From: Terriglobia bacterium
GTDB taxonomy: Bacteria; Acidobacteriota; Terriglobia; 20CM-2-55-15
DNA length: 64,000 bases
Direction of reading: 5' to 3'
Assembly (NCBI GenBank): GCA_963664115.2
Contig: CAXWPJ010000002.1
Coordinates: 736,001-800,000 of the forward strand
A program made the position numbers and the translations under genes. The notes beneath the pieces are model-generated. The model saw nothing but the letters and a program-made list of their open reading frames with translations, had not been told where the DNA came from and searched no databases. Position 1 is the stretch's first letter, and each line of letters opens with the position of its first letter. Of this stretch, positions 40,399 to 50,411 are shown piece by piece.

Positions 40399-41349
40399 TC
40401 AGGGTACCGGAACCCGTTCCTTCAGTTCTTCAAACCAGTTAAGGACGATATTGATTTGGGGGCGGGAGGGTTCGCCCGGTTCTGTCTGCCCGCTCGCCGG
40501 CACCCAGGCGAGCGACCCCGAGTCGGAAACAGAGTACTGGGACGGTCGCGTCCGAACACCCTCGAAGAGGGTAACCGGCTCACCCACGGCTTCGAGCGTG
40601 GTCAGATCAAACGGAACCGCGAACAGCACATCATCTAAACCGTAAAGAAGGTGACCGGTCGGGAGATACCGCGGGAATAAACCGGGGAACAGGACCTTTC
40701 TCTCTCCGGATTCCAGCGACTGCACGACGACGTCTCCTTCTACTGGCCCCTCGGCCTGGAACAGCACCGATCTTCCGTCGGGCAGAATCCGAGGCCCATA
40801 AGTAAGAGACGCACCGGAGTCCTCGATCAGCACTTCAGGCGGCCCCCCATTTGCCGAAACCTGCATGACGGTTTCGTTCTGGCCCCACACGATGGTCTCG
40901 TCAGCGCCCCAAAATGGGCGGCCTGTCGGATCGCCGGCAGTATCGGTGAGCGTCACGTGAGTGCCCCCGCTGACGGGAATCTTCTTCAATTGACTGTCAG
41001 CTTCAGACCAGTAGCCAATCCACGCGCCATCCGGTGAAAAGAATGGGTCCGATGGATCGACATCGCTTCCCGGAATAGGGCTCGATACGAGGGTATCCAT
41101 TGCCAACAAATAGAATTGTTGATTGGCTACGTACACCATCATGGAGCCGTTCGGAGAAAGAGCCATAAGCGGGCTGCCTACGAGAGTGAATTGTTGGCCT
41201 TCGGGCAGGACATGAGAAAAGCGGCTGACCTCTAAGGCAGATGGGGCCGGGGAAGGCCTCGAGTTGCAGGCGGCTGTGGCGGCGATCACGGCCAGAACGA
41301 TGGCCGCAGCCCACGGCAGCTTCGATTGCGCTTTGGTACCTGAATCCAT
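40399..41349 (-). CDS. Internally deleted kinase derivative: MDSGTK + TM + partial TolB/PD40-like propeller + conserved tail
   Basis: ALSPNG, FSPDG, ILPDG repeats; ends QINIVLNWFEELKERVPVP; no kinase domain. Confidence 0.75.
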   Translation of the reverse strand: MDSGTKAQSKLPWAAAIVLAVIAATAACNSRPSPAPSALEVSRFSHVLPEGQQFTLVGSPLMALSPNGSMMVYVANQQFYLLAMDTLVSSPIPGSDVDPSDPFFSPDGAWIGYWSEADSQLKKIPVSGGTHVTLTDTAGDPTGRPFWGADETIVWGQNETVMQVSANGGPPEVLIEDSGASLTYGPRILPDGRSVLFQAEGPVEGDVVVQSLESGERKVLFPGLFPRYLPTGHLLYGLDDVLFAVPFDLTTLEAVGEPVTLFEGVRTRPSQYSVSDSGSLAWVPASGQTEPGEPSRPQINIVLNWFEELKERVPVP

Positions 41350-41428
41350 TGATTATATGTACAGAAAAACGAAATTTGAAAATATGGCTAGATATAACTA
41401 CAGCTTGGATTGATAAGCAAGAAAAGTC

Positions 41429-43378
41429 TCAAGGCCTGAGCCCTTTGCTGAACACTTCATATTGCCGGGCAGCCAAAGGCAATACCAATGCCAGGCCGAG
41501 CAGGTCGGTGATCCAACCGGGATGAATTAACACCACGGCTCCGACGAACACGACCGTGCGTTCCCATCCCGCCAGTGCTGTCCTGGCGTGTCCGATGACT
41601 CCGGCTGCGAGCGCCATGACCCCGATCACGCCTGTCGTTGCTGCCAGGAGAATTTCGGTGGCGGTACCGATCATCAAAAACGCGGGATTCAGCACGAACA
41701 TGAACGGCAGGATGTAGCCGGCAAGGGAAAACCTCCATGCCGTAAACCCTGTCCGCATGATGTCGGCGCCCGCGATCGCTGCGCCGGCATATGCTGCCAG
41801 AGCCGTTGGGGGCGTCACCATCGACATCATGCCGAAGTAGAGAATGAACATATGCGCGCCGATCGGGAGAATCCCCAAGCTCACCAGTGCGGGTGCCGCC
41901 AGGGTTGCCAGCAGGAGATAGCAAATGGTTGTCGGGAGCCCGAGTCCGAGAATCACGGAGGAAAACATCACCAATACCAACGCCGCGTAGATATTCCCGG
42001 CGGACAACTCGAGAATGATGGATGCAAAACGGGAGCCCAGAGCCGTCATCACGGTGATCCCAATGATGATTCCAACCGAGGCGCTGGCGCAGCTGAGAGA
42101 CGTTGAATTATAGGCGGCAGTTTCCAGAACGCTGACGATCCGCCTCGGAGTCAGCCGCCCTCCTCTCACGAACATGCTGGTTACGAAGGTGACGACCAGT
42201 GCAAATGACGCCGCTCTCGGGGGACTGTATCCGGAAAGCATGAGCCCGACGAGGCAGCCCACCGGCAGGACGAACAAGAAAAGCTGAGGGCGTCTCAGGA
42301 TGGTGAGCGCCCGCGCTCCCTGGCCTTCGGGCGACAGGCCACCGATGCCATGACGGACGGAGTAGAAGTGAATCGTCGTAAACAGAGCCACATAAAAGAG
42401 CAGGCCAGGTATCAAAGCCGCTGCGGCGATTCCCAGGTAGGGGACTCCCAGCAACTCCGCCATGATGAAGGCCGCGGCGCCCATCACGGGCGGGATGAGC
42501 TGGCCGCCCGTGGACGCAACGGCTTCGACGGCCCCGGCCACGTGCGGCTGGAAACCGATTTTTTTCATCATCGGAATGGTGAGCGATCCCCCGGTGACGA
42601 CGTTCGCGACGGCGCTGCCGTTGATCATTCCAAGCAGACCGCTTGAAACGACCGCAACCTTGGCGGGCCCCCCTCGAAATTGCCCGAATGCGGCCTGACC
42701 CAGATCAATCGCGAAGTCCAGAGCTCCGACCGTCTGAAGCACAGCCCCAAAGAAGACGAAGGGAAACACGTAGGTAAACATCACCGTCAGCGCGATGCCG
42801 AAGATGCCCTCCATGGTCAGAAACGACTGCGTGAGGATGCGGCTCACGCTGTATCCCGCGTGGCCGCCGATGTATGTGGGCAGATACGCACCGTAATATG
42901 CATACAGGACGAACACCGCGGCAAGGGTCGGAAGCGGCCAGCCGATCAATCTCCGGGTCGCCTCCAAAACAAGCGTCGTGCCCACGGCGCCCATCACAAC
43001 GTCCAGAGTTGTCGGCGTGCCCATGCGGTTGATCAGGCCCTCGTAGTCGACCACGATGTACGCACAGGCGATGATGCCCCCGGCGGCGAAGGCAAAGTCC
43101 AGGAGAGCCCGAAACGGACGCTGCGGACTCCCATCGGGTCTGTCGGTGGGCCGCAGAAAGGACAAGGCCAGCGCGAACAGCAGGAATATCGCGCGCTCCT
43201 GAAACGGTGGCAGCGTAAGCGTGTTGATCTCAAAGAGGACGTAGATCGAAAAGCATGCAGCCAGGACTCGAATCGAATAGCGGTGAACAGTTTCGAAGCG
43301 TGAAGGTCGTGGCCGGGCGGCGGTTTGGACTCCCCCAACGCCGTCGTTCGTGATCATGTCAGCGTCCTTGATGGCCAA
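41429..43378 (-). CDS. TRAP transporter fused permease (TAXI type)
   Basis: GGPAK, GSAVAN, PPVMGAAAFIMA, LGLPT, VTPP. Confidence 0.92.
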   Translation of the reverse strand: MAIKDADMITNDGVGGVQTAARPRPSRFETVHRYSIRVLAACFSIYVLFEINTLTLPPFQERAIFLLFALALSFLRPTDRPDGSPQRPFRALLDFAFAAGGIIACAYIVVDYEGLINRMGTPTTLDVVMGAVGTTLVLEATRRLIGWPLPTLAAVFVLYAYYGAYLPTYIGGHAGYSVSRILTQSFLTMEGIFGIALTVMFTYVFPFVFFGAVLQTVGALDFAIDLGQAAFGQFRGGPAKVAVVSSGLLGMINGSAVANVVTGGSLTIPMMKKIGFQPHVAGAVEAVASTGGQLIPPVMGAAAFIMAELLGVPYLGIAAAALIPGLLFYVALFTTIHFYSVRHGIGGLSPEGQGARALTILRRPQLFLFVLPVGCLVGLMLSGYSPPRAASFALVVTFVTSMFVRGGRLTPRRIVSVLETAAYNSTSLSCASASVGIIIGITVMTALGSRFASIILELSAGNIYAALVLVMFSSVILGLGLPTTICYLLLATLAAPALVSLGILPIGAHMFILYFGMMSMVTPPTALAAYAGAAIAGADIMRTGFTAWRFSLAGYILPFMFVLNPAFLMIGTATEILLAATTGVIGVMALAAGVIGHARTALAGWERTVVFVGAVVLIHPGWITDLLGLALVLPLAARQYEVFSKGLRP

Positions 43379-43389
43379 TGGGGATTCGG

Positions 43390-44490
43390 CTAGCGGACCG
43401 GAGACAGGGTGTCTGTGGCATTAGCTGGTTGCGGGTTCCAAATTCCGATCTCTTCGAAATACCGCAGGCTGCCTTCATGATATGGAATCCCGATATCCAT
43501 AGCCGCCCGTTCCGGTGTGATTTCCGCGCCATGGCGGACCAGATCGGCGATCATACCCCTGTTTTCGTAGATGGTCTTGGCGATGAGGTAAACGTAATCG
43601 GGATCGGCGTCGGCCCTGACAAGCAGTTGGCAGGTGCCCGTGTCGACTGCCCAGAAATCCGAATCCATGCCTGCGTATGTCCCACCGGGAATCATGTACT
43701 TCTGAATAGTGGGGATCTGGGCCCGAAGGCTGTCCAGACTTTCCTCGTCGAACTCGAGGAATTTGAGGTTGTGTGTGGCCGTGGCGGCCAGAATGGTCGC
43801 ATGCGGGATACTGCCTCCAACCTGGACCGCATCGACGATCCTGTCGGTCAGCATGGTGACCGCGTTCGATTGGCCTTCGTAGACAGGCCGGATGTCGGCG
43901 TAGCTCACGCCATGGGCCGCCAGGATAGGACGCGTGAAGCTGTCCCAATTGCCCCCTGCCGGTCCAACGGCCACTCGTTTTCCCGCGAAGTCTGAGAACT
44001 GGGTGAGGCCGCTGTCTTCGAGCGCGAAGAAGAGGTTGACGCTCGCATGAAGAGAAATGACGGCCCGGACGGGAAACTGTTTGTCGAAGGGTTCACGTCC
44101 CTCGATAGCCGGAAGCGTGACGGAAGCATTGGCAAGCCCGAAGTGGAGCTCACCTCCATCCAACATTCGCAAATTCTGTCCCGACCCACTCGTCGCTTCG
44201 TTCGTAGCAATCACTCCCGCCAACTGAGTACCGAGGACCTGCGCGATCGCATTACCCATTGGATAGTAGGCACCCCCGACAGTGCTGCTCGCAATCTTGA
44301 TCCTGGATGGCACCGTCGTTCCGTCAATGACCACGGTGCGTTCGGAACCCTCGGGTCGGGCACACGATGTGGAGATCAAAACAGCAAGCGCGGCAATCAG
44401 TGCAATTGCTGGTCGGATCCGGGGATCTCGTCGAGATGCAAATTCAACCGTGTGAGACGGAGGTTCGAATACCCACTGAATCGTTTTCAT
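43390..44490 (-). CDS. TAXI-family TRAP solute-binding protein
   Basis: GGAYYPMG, TSGSGQN, IPYHEG; start uncertain. Confidence 0.88.
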   Translation of the reverse strand: MKTIQWVFEPPSHTVEFASRRDPRIRPAIALIAALAVLISTSCARPEGSERTVVIDGTTVPSRIKIASSTVGGAYYPMGNAIAQVLGTQLAGVIATNEATSGSGQNLRMLDGGELHFGLANASVTLPAIEGREPFDKQFPVRAVISLHASVNLFFALEDSGLTQFSDFAGKRVAVGPAGGNWDSFTRPILAAHGVSYADIRPVYEGQSNAVTMLTDRIVDAVQVGGSIPHATILAATATHNLKFLEFDEESLDSLRAQIPTIQKYMIPGGTYAGMDSDFWAVDTGTCQLLVRADADPDYVYLIAKTIYENRGMIADLVRHGAEITPERAAMDIGIPYHEGSLRYFEEIGIWNPQPANATDTLSPVR

Positions 44491-44852
44491 AGAAGTTTGC
44501 TCCCAGATATGCGCGCGTCGTTCCATCGATCGTTTAAAGACACGCCGCGCCTGACGTTTCCCCGAGACAGGGTACCTTTGACCGTTCGCTTTTGTCACGA
44601 TCCGAATTTCGTGTTTTACGGACAGGCCGAGAGGCGTGGAGAGGGCGTATCAGGCGTTGATGTCAATATAGGAGCGCCCCTGTACGGGGCGTGTCTTAAC
44701 GAACAATGGTTCCATCGAACCCGGGCCATGGTTGATCTCGCAGGCGGAGATGCCTGTCGCGGGGCTGACAAACCGTGACGTAGGGGATACAATCGCGCTG
44801 ACCCCATGGGTATCCAGCGTCGGCATGTGCTGCCATAGGCATACCCCCTGGG

Positions 44853-45071
44853 ATGAGCGCTGCAATGAACGAAAAAGTCTCGACTGAACTCGTTCTCACA
44901 CTCGCTGGTTATGCCGGCCTGCCCCTCGCAGAGGATAGAGCCCAAGCCCTTGCCCTCATCCTCGGTCCAGCGCTACAGAATCTGCGAGCGATGCGGCCCG
45001 AGGGTTACGAGCACCTGGCGCCGGGTCTGAACTTCCGTGTTCCTACCGCAGGCGACGACACGCCGGGATGA
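44853..45071 (+). CDS. Small amidase accessory protein (GatC/AtzG-like)
   Basis: 72 aa, AGLPL...P...F, stop overlaps amidase start. Confidence 0.5.
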   Translation: MSAAMNEKVSTELVLTLAGYAGLPLAEDRAQALALILGPALQNLRAMRPEGYEHLAPGLNFRVPTAGDDTPG

Positions 45072-46486
45072 GTGTTATTGATGACGGCGAGATCTTCTAC
45101 CTTTCCCTCAAGCAAGTCTCCGAACGTATCGCAAGTGGCGATCTGTCGCCCGTAGAGGTCCTGAACGCTGTGATCGAGCGCACCTCGGGCCTCGAACCTC
45201 GCTTGAACGCTTACATCACACCCACCTTCGAGAGAGCCATGGACGATGCGCGAATGGCCGAGCGCGAGATTGCGGCTGGCAAATATCGCGGGCCACTGCA
45301 TGGCGTGCCCATCGGGCTCAAAGACAACTACTGGACGGAGGGCATCCCAACGACCGCCGGCTCGAAGCTTCTCGCTGATTTTGTCCCGACCGAGGATGGC
45401 AACGCAGTCGCCAGGCTTCGGGCTGCGGGCGCCGTAATCACAGGCAAACTCAATATGCATGAGCTTGCGATCGGTGGGACGACGACGAACCCCCACTACG
45501 GGGCGACACGCAATCCCTGGGGACTGGACCGCATTCCCGGCGGGTCGAGCGGCGGATCGGCCGCGGCCGTCGCGGCAGGTTTCTGCTTCGCCGCATTGGG
45601 CACCGACACGGTCGCGTCGGTGCGCCACCCGGCATCCCACTGTGGCCTGGTCGGGATGAAAGCAACATTCGGGCGGGTCAGCGTCTTTGGAACGGTGCCC
45701 CTCTCCTGGAGTCTCGATCATGTGGGTCCGATCACCCGTACGGTCGAGGATGCCGCGCTTGTATTGAACCGAATAGCCGGTTACGACCCCAGGGATTCCG
45801 GCTCGGTCGACGTCGAGGTGCCTGATTTCACCCGCCGGCTGGGGGAGGACCTGAACGGCGTTCGGATTGGGCTGCCACGGAAATATTTTTTCGAGCCTCT
45901 CGATCCCGAAGTGCGCGACTCGGTCGAAGCGGCCATCGGGGTGCTGCGGGATCTGGGCGCCAGCATTCGCGACCTTGAGTTTCCAAGCGCCCCGGAAGCC
46001 CACGTCATTTTTCCCTTCCTGAGCCGGCCCGAGGCGGCATCGTTTCAGGAAGATTTTATTCGCGGGCGGGCTGAGGCATACGGGGATGTCCGATGGAACG
46101 TGGAACTGGGAGAGTTGATTCTCGCGACCGACTATATCCGGGCCCAGCGCCTGCGCACCGCCATGCGGCAGGAACTTGAGGGAATCATGCGGGAGGTCGA
46201 TGCCTTGGTGATGCCCACCACTCGAACCGTCGCCCACCCTATCGGTGCTCCGTTTACGACCGTCGACGGAAAATCCCTGGACGCATTCGGGCTGATGGTG
46301 GGTTTGACAGCGCCCTTTTCACTCACGGGTTCGCCGGCGATTTCCGTTCCATGCGGGTTTAATTCGGAAGGCCTCCCGATCGGGCTCCAGATTGTCGGCC
46401 GCGCGTGGGACGAGGCGATGATCCTGCGGATCGGGGCCGCCTACGAAGGCGCGACGCCTTGGAGTGACAGACACCCCACGCTTTGA
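45068..46486 (+). CDS. Amidase signature family protein
   Basis: GPLHGVPIGLKD, PGGSSGGSAAAVAAG, GTDT. Confidence 0.9.
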   Translation: MSVIDDGEIFYLSLKQVSERIASGDLSPVEVLNAVIERTSGLEPRLNAYITPTFERAMDDARMAEREIAAGKYRGPLHGVPIGLKDNYWTEGIPTTAGSKLLADFVPTEDGNAVARLRAAGAVITGKLNMHELAIGGTTTNPHYGATRNPWGLDRIPGGSSGGSAAAVAAGFCFAALGTDTVASVRHPASHCGLVGMKATFGRVSVFGTVPLSWSLDHVGPITRTVEDAALVLNRIAGYDPRDSGSVDVEVPDFTRRLGEDLNGVRIGLPRKYFFEPLDPEVRDSVEAAIGVLRDLGASIRDLEFPSAPEAHVIFPFLSRPEAASFQEDFIRGRAEAYGDVRWNVELGELILATDYIRAQRLRTAMRQELEGIMREVDALVMPTTRTVAHPIGAPFTTVDGKSLDAFGLMVGLTAPFSLTGSPAISVPCGFNSEGLPIGLQIVGRAWDEAMILRIGAAYEGATPWSDRHPTL

Positions 46487-46601
46487 CCGAGCGATCAGGA
46501 CGTTCTGGCGCTGGGCCCATCAGCGACGACCGCTTGACCATTCATTGAGCCACCGGTCAGTAACACACAGCATCAAACAATCACGCAAAGGAGTTTCTGG
46601 A

Positions 46602-47582
46602 ATGGACGGGAAAATCGTGTTTGAAGAACATATGGCAATCCCCGATACCCTGGACGATTCGCGCACATTCGCCGAAGGATCCGGGAAGTGGGACCAGTTC
46701 GCCCGCCAAATCCTGGATATCGAGGACGAGCGTATCGCCCGAATGGACAGCAACGGCATTGAATTCGCCATTCTCTCGCTCAACGCCCCCGCGATTCAGG
46801 CGATTCTGGACACGGACACGGCGATCGAAGTGGCTACCCGTGCCAACGACCATCTGGCGGAGGCCGTCGCCAAACATCCGAATCGTTTTGCGGGCTTTGC
46901 AGCCCTTCCCATGCAAGATCCGGACGCCGCCTCGGAAGAGCTGATCCGCTCGGTCAAAGATCTGGGTTTCAAGGGTGCTCTCGTCAATGGATTCACACAG
47001 AAAGGTGTTCCCGATTCGGCGATCTACTTCGATATCCCCGAGTACCGGAGTTTCTGGTCCACGGTGTCCGAACTGGACGTGCCGTTCTATCTACACCCAA
47101 GAATGCAGATTCCTTCACGTGCTCAACCCTATGAAGGGCACCCGTGGCTGATGAGTTCGCCCTGGGGCTTTGCGGTGGAAACTTCGATCCACGCACTCCG
47201 AATGTGTGGTTCAGGCATGTTCGACGATTTTCCCAATCTGAAAATAATTGTCGGCCATCTCGGTGAACACATCCCTTACGATCTCTGGCGCATCGACGCC
47301 CGGATGCGCTTTTCCCGGCGCGGCTACGAGGGCAAGCGCTTTCTCGGCGAGTACTTCCGCGACCACTTCTATGTGACGACCAGCGGCAATTTCTGTGATC
47401 CGTCGTTCCAGTGCGCCCTGGAAGTGATGGGCGCAGCTCGCATGTTTTTTTCGGCTGATTATCCATTCGAGAAAATGGAAGATGCTGCCGACTGGTTCGA
47501 CAACGCCCCCCTGTCCGATGCCGAGCGCCTGCAGATTGGCCGTACCAACGCGATCAAGCTGTTTAATCTGGAATTGAAGTGA
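46602..47582 (+). CDS. Amidohydrolase-2 aromatic acid decarboxylase (gamma-resorcylate/LigW-like)
   Basis: EEH, FAALPMQDP, YLHPR, GHLGE, TTSGNF, SADYPFE. Confidence 0.8.
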   Translation: MDGKIVFEEHMAIPDTLDDSRTFAEGSGKWDQFARQILDIEDERIARMDSNGIEFAILSLNAPAIQAILDTDTAIEVATRANDHLAEAVAKHPNRFAGFAALPMQDPDAASEELIRSVKDLGFKGALVNGFTQKGVPDSAIYFDIPEYRSFWSTVSELDVPFYLHPRMQIPSRAQPYEGHPWLMSSPWGFAVETSIHALRMCGSGMFDDFPNLKIIVGHLGEHIPYDLWRIDARMRFSRRGYEGKRFLGEYFRDHFYVTTSGNFCDPSFQCALEVMGAARMFFSADYPFEKMEDAADWFDNAPLSDAERLQIGRTNAIKLFNLELK

Positions 47583-47863
47583 CGCGGAGTGGTCGGGTGT
47601 CAGAAGTTCGATGCTTGAGAGTTTCGTCGGACGCGATCATGGAAATACCATGTAACGTGGCGCATCGCTCGCCGCGGAGGATCGGCTCTAGCGGGATGTT
47701 TCGCTGGACCTGTGAATTCGGCCGTGCGCCGGCGTTCCGATCAATCTGGAAAACGAGTGGAACCGTGTCGTACTGAGGGAGGAAAACTTCTCGACGAGCG
47801 TGTTACGCTCGACCGGACTGCGGCGACGAAACTGGTGTACACGCATCGCTTCTGAGGAGCCCC

Positions 47864-48871
47864 ATGATTATTGATTGTCACGGACACTACACAACGGCGC
47901 CGGATGCGCTGGGAGAATATCGAAAGCAGCAGATTGCCGCGTTTGATTCATCCCAACCTGCGGCAAAAGGCGAGATAAACATTTCCGACGATCAACTCCG
48001 CGAGAGCGTCGAGGGTGCGCAACTGAAGTTTCAGCGCGAACGCGGTACCGACATGACGATATTTTCTCCGCGCGCGTCGTGGATGGCCCATCACCTGGGC
48101 GATGCGATGGTGAGCCAGTACTGGAGTGAACACTGCAATGATTTAATCCATCGCCTCTGTGGGCTGTATCCGAAAAACTTTGTCGGCGTTTGCCAGTTGC
48201 CGCAGTCTCCGGGTGTCGGACCGGCGAACTGCATCGGCGAGCTTGAACGGTGTGTCAACGAACTGGGAATGATCGGGTGCAATTTAAGTCCCGATCCCTC
48301 CGGCGGCCGTTGGACGGCGCCCCCGCTGAGCGATCCATACTGGTATCCGGTCTACGAAAAGATGGTCGAGTTGGATGTGCCCGCGATGGTTCATGTCAGT
48401 GCTTCCTGCAATCCTGCTTTTCATACGACGGGTGCGCACTACCTCAACGCCGACACGACGGCCTTCATGCAGTTTCTGACCTCGGATCTATTCAAGGACT
48501 TTCCGGCTCTGAGATTCGTCATACCCCATGGTGGGGGTGCTGTGCCGTATCATTGGGGTCGGTATCGTGGCATGGCTCAGGACCAGAAGCGTCCGCCGCT
48601 GACGGAGCTTATGGGTGGCAACATCTTCTTCGACACCTGTGTCTACCACATGCCGGGAATCGAGTTGCTTACAAAAGTCGTACCCACCGACAACATCCTC
48701 TTCGGTTCAGAGATGGTCGGCGCCGTTCGGGGTGTCGATCCGGAAACGGGGCACTACTACGACGATACGAAACGGTACATCGACCAAGCTTCGTGGCTGA
48801 GCGATGAAGAGAAGCAAAAAATATTCGAAGGGAACGCACGCAAGGTGTATCCCCGCATCAACCGGAAATAG
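47864..48871 (+). CDS. ligJ: 4-oxalomesaconate hydratase
   Basis: MIIDCHGHYTTAP, FSPRAS, HTTGAHYLNADTTAFMQ, SEMVGAVRG. Confidence 0.85.
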   Translation: MIIDCHGHYTTAPDALGEYRKQQIAAFDSSQPAAKGEINISDDQLRESVEGAQLKFQRERGTDMTIFSPRASWMAHHLGDAMVSQYWSEHCNDLIHRLCGLYPKNFVGVCQLPQSPGVGPANCIGELERCVNELGMIGCNLSPDPSGGRWTAPPLSDPYWYPVYEKMVELDVPAMVHVSASCNPAFHTTGAHYLNADTTAFMQFLTSDLFKDFPALRFVIPHGGGAVPYHWGRYRGMAQDQKRPPLTELMGGNIFFDTCVYHMPGIELLTKVVPTDNILFGSEMVGAVRGVDPETGHYYDDTKRYIDQASWLSDEEKQKIFEGNARKVYPRINRK

Positions 48872-48903
48872 GGGACGGACACTTCATGAAGTGTCCGTCC
48901 CCT
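48870..48903. repeat. Perfect 34-bp palindrome, REP-like
   Basis: aggggacggacacttca|tgaagtgtccgtcccct; same arms at 57345-57436. Confidence 0.85.
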
Positions 48904-49859
48904 TCCTGTTCGCGGTTCTGACGATCTCTTTACAGGGTTCGGCGCTAGGCCTCGTTCAGGACGCCCCCCGTGATCCCGGCTTCGGCGCCCTAGCGCGTGA
49001 ACATATCGGTGAGCTGTCTGACCGAATCGGTGCGCGTGTCGCTGGAAGCCCGGGTGAAGTGCGGGCCGCCGGATATATCGAAAATGTTTTCTCCCAAATT
49101 GGCTACCCGACCCGCGTCCAACCCTTCAGCTTTTCCGGTGGGCCCCGGGACCGCCGGTCTACACGGGAATCGGCGAATGTTATTGCTGTGAAGGCAGGAT
49201 CGTCGAACGAGGAAATCATTGTTGGCGCGCACTATGATTCCGAAGTTCGCGGCCGGGGAGCGGGGGACAATGCGTCGGGAGTAGGCGTGATGCTCGAAAT
49301 CGCCGCCGCGATTCGGGACGTCGCGACGCCGTACACGATTCGGTTCATCGCTTTCGGTGCCGAAGAAGAGGGTCTGGCAGGATCGCGCTATACGGTGAGT
49401 GAGATCCCCCCTGAGGACATCGGGCGTGTGGTGGCCATGATCAATCTGGACAGCCTGATTGCAGGAGACTTCGCTTACGTCTACGGGGATCGAGGAGACA
49501 GAGGTGTGGTTCGTGACTGGGTTCTGGCCCGAGCCAGGGAACAGGGTCTTGATCTGCGGACACAACCGGGTGAGAACCCTGAATATCCGAGGGGAACGAC
49601 AGGAGAGTTTTCCGATCACGCTCCTTTCGAGGACGTGGGCATCCAGTATGCGTATTTTGAATCGACCAACTGGTCACTGGGAGAGCGAGACGGATACGTC
49701 CAGGTTGACCCTCAACTCGGAGAAAACGGTTACATCTGGCATACACCGTTCGATACGATGGGCTATATCGAGTCGACGTTTCCTGGAAGGATTGATGCGC
49801 GTCTCCACTTGTTTGCGACGATGCTCTACCAGGTATTGACAGAATTTTCCGCCCCTTAG
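48891..49859 (+). CDS. M28 family aminopeptidase (Iap-like)
   Basis: GAHYDS, GAGDNASG, GAEEEG, NLDS, SDH; start uncertain. Confidence 0.85.
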   Translation: MSVPFLFAVLTISLQGSALGLVQDAPRDPGFGALAREHIGELSDRIGARVAGSPGEVRAAGYIENVFSQIGYPTRVQPFSFSGGPRDRRSTRESANVIAVKAGSSNEEIIVGAHYDSEVRGRGAGDNASGVGVMLEIAAAIRDVATPYTIRFIAFGAEEEGLAGSRYTVSEIPPEDIGRVVAMINLDSLIAGDFAYVYGDRGDRGVVRDWVLARAREQGLDLRTQPGENPEYPRGTTGEFSDHAPFEDVGIQYAYFESTNWSLGERDGYVQVDPQLGENGYIWHTPFDTMGYIESTFPGRIDARLHLFATMLYQVLTEFSAP

Positions 49860-49903
49860 TGTCGGTCAGGAATCTATGTTTATGATTGTGAAGGAGATTG
49901 CGC

Positions 49904-50377
49904 ATGGGTGAAGTGAAGTACGTATCCCGAGTCCAACTGGAAAGAAAGAAGGGTCCGCTGCGTCTGGCGACAATTCCCGCCGAGAGCGAACCGGTATGGT
50001 TCGGGGTTCACGGAGCGATCGCAGAGCATTACGGTGTGGACACTGCGAAACTGGAAGAGGTCCATGCGACAACGCTCGACTACGTTGTCGCTGCCGCCGG
50101 TGGCTGAATGATGGGAACCTTCGGGGGCGCGCTGGAAGCGCGCAAAATTGATGCTTCAGGTGGTCGGCTTACTGCGGAAGTGAGCGGAGAAGTGGAAACG
50201 GACGGCGGTGTGCTGATCATCAAACGTATCCACGTCGCCATGCAGTTGCGTGCATCGGAAGACGACAGAGAAGTTGTCGAACGGGTGCATGGTGTATTTG
50301 CCAACAAGTGTCCCGTCTTTCGTAGTATTGGTCCGGCGATAGCGATAACATCGTCCTACGAATTGGTCGGGGATTAA
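49904..50377 (+). CDS. OsmC-like selenoprotein (UGA at 50105-50107)
   Basis: DYVVAAAGG-TGA-MMGTF...KCPV in one frame; hairpin GCGCGCT-gga-AGCGCGC 19 nt after TGA. Confidence 0.8.
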
Positions 50378-50405
50378 TTGGTCGGGGATTAATTGGTCGG
50401 AGGTT
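50361..50405. repeat. 15-bp tandem repeat x3
   Basis: aattggtcggggatt, aattggtcggggatt, aattggtcggaggtt. Confidence 0.9.
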
Positions 50406-50411
50406 AAGCTG

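Noticed and set aside
8318-41349. Diversity-generating retroelement acting on kinase tails
   Set aside because: No reverse transcriptase and no adenine-specific variation evident among copies
45068-46486. gatA/gatC
   Set aside because: No gatB nearby and the context is catabolic
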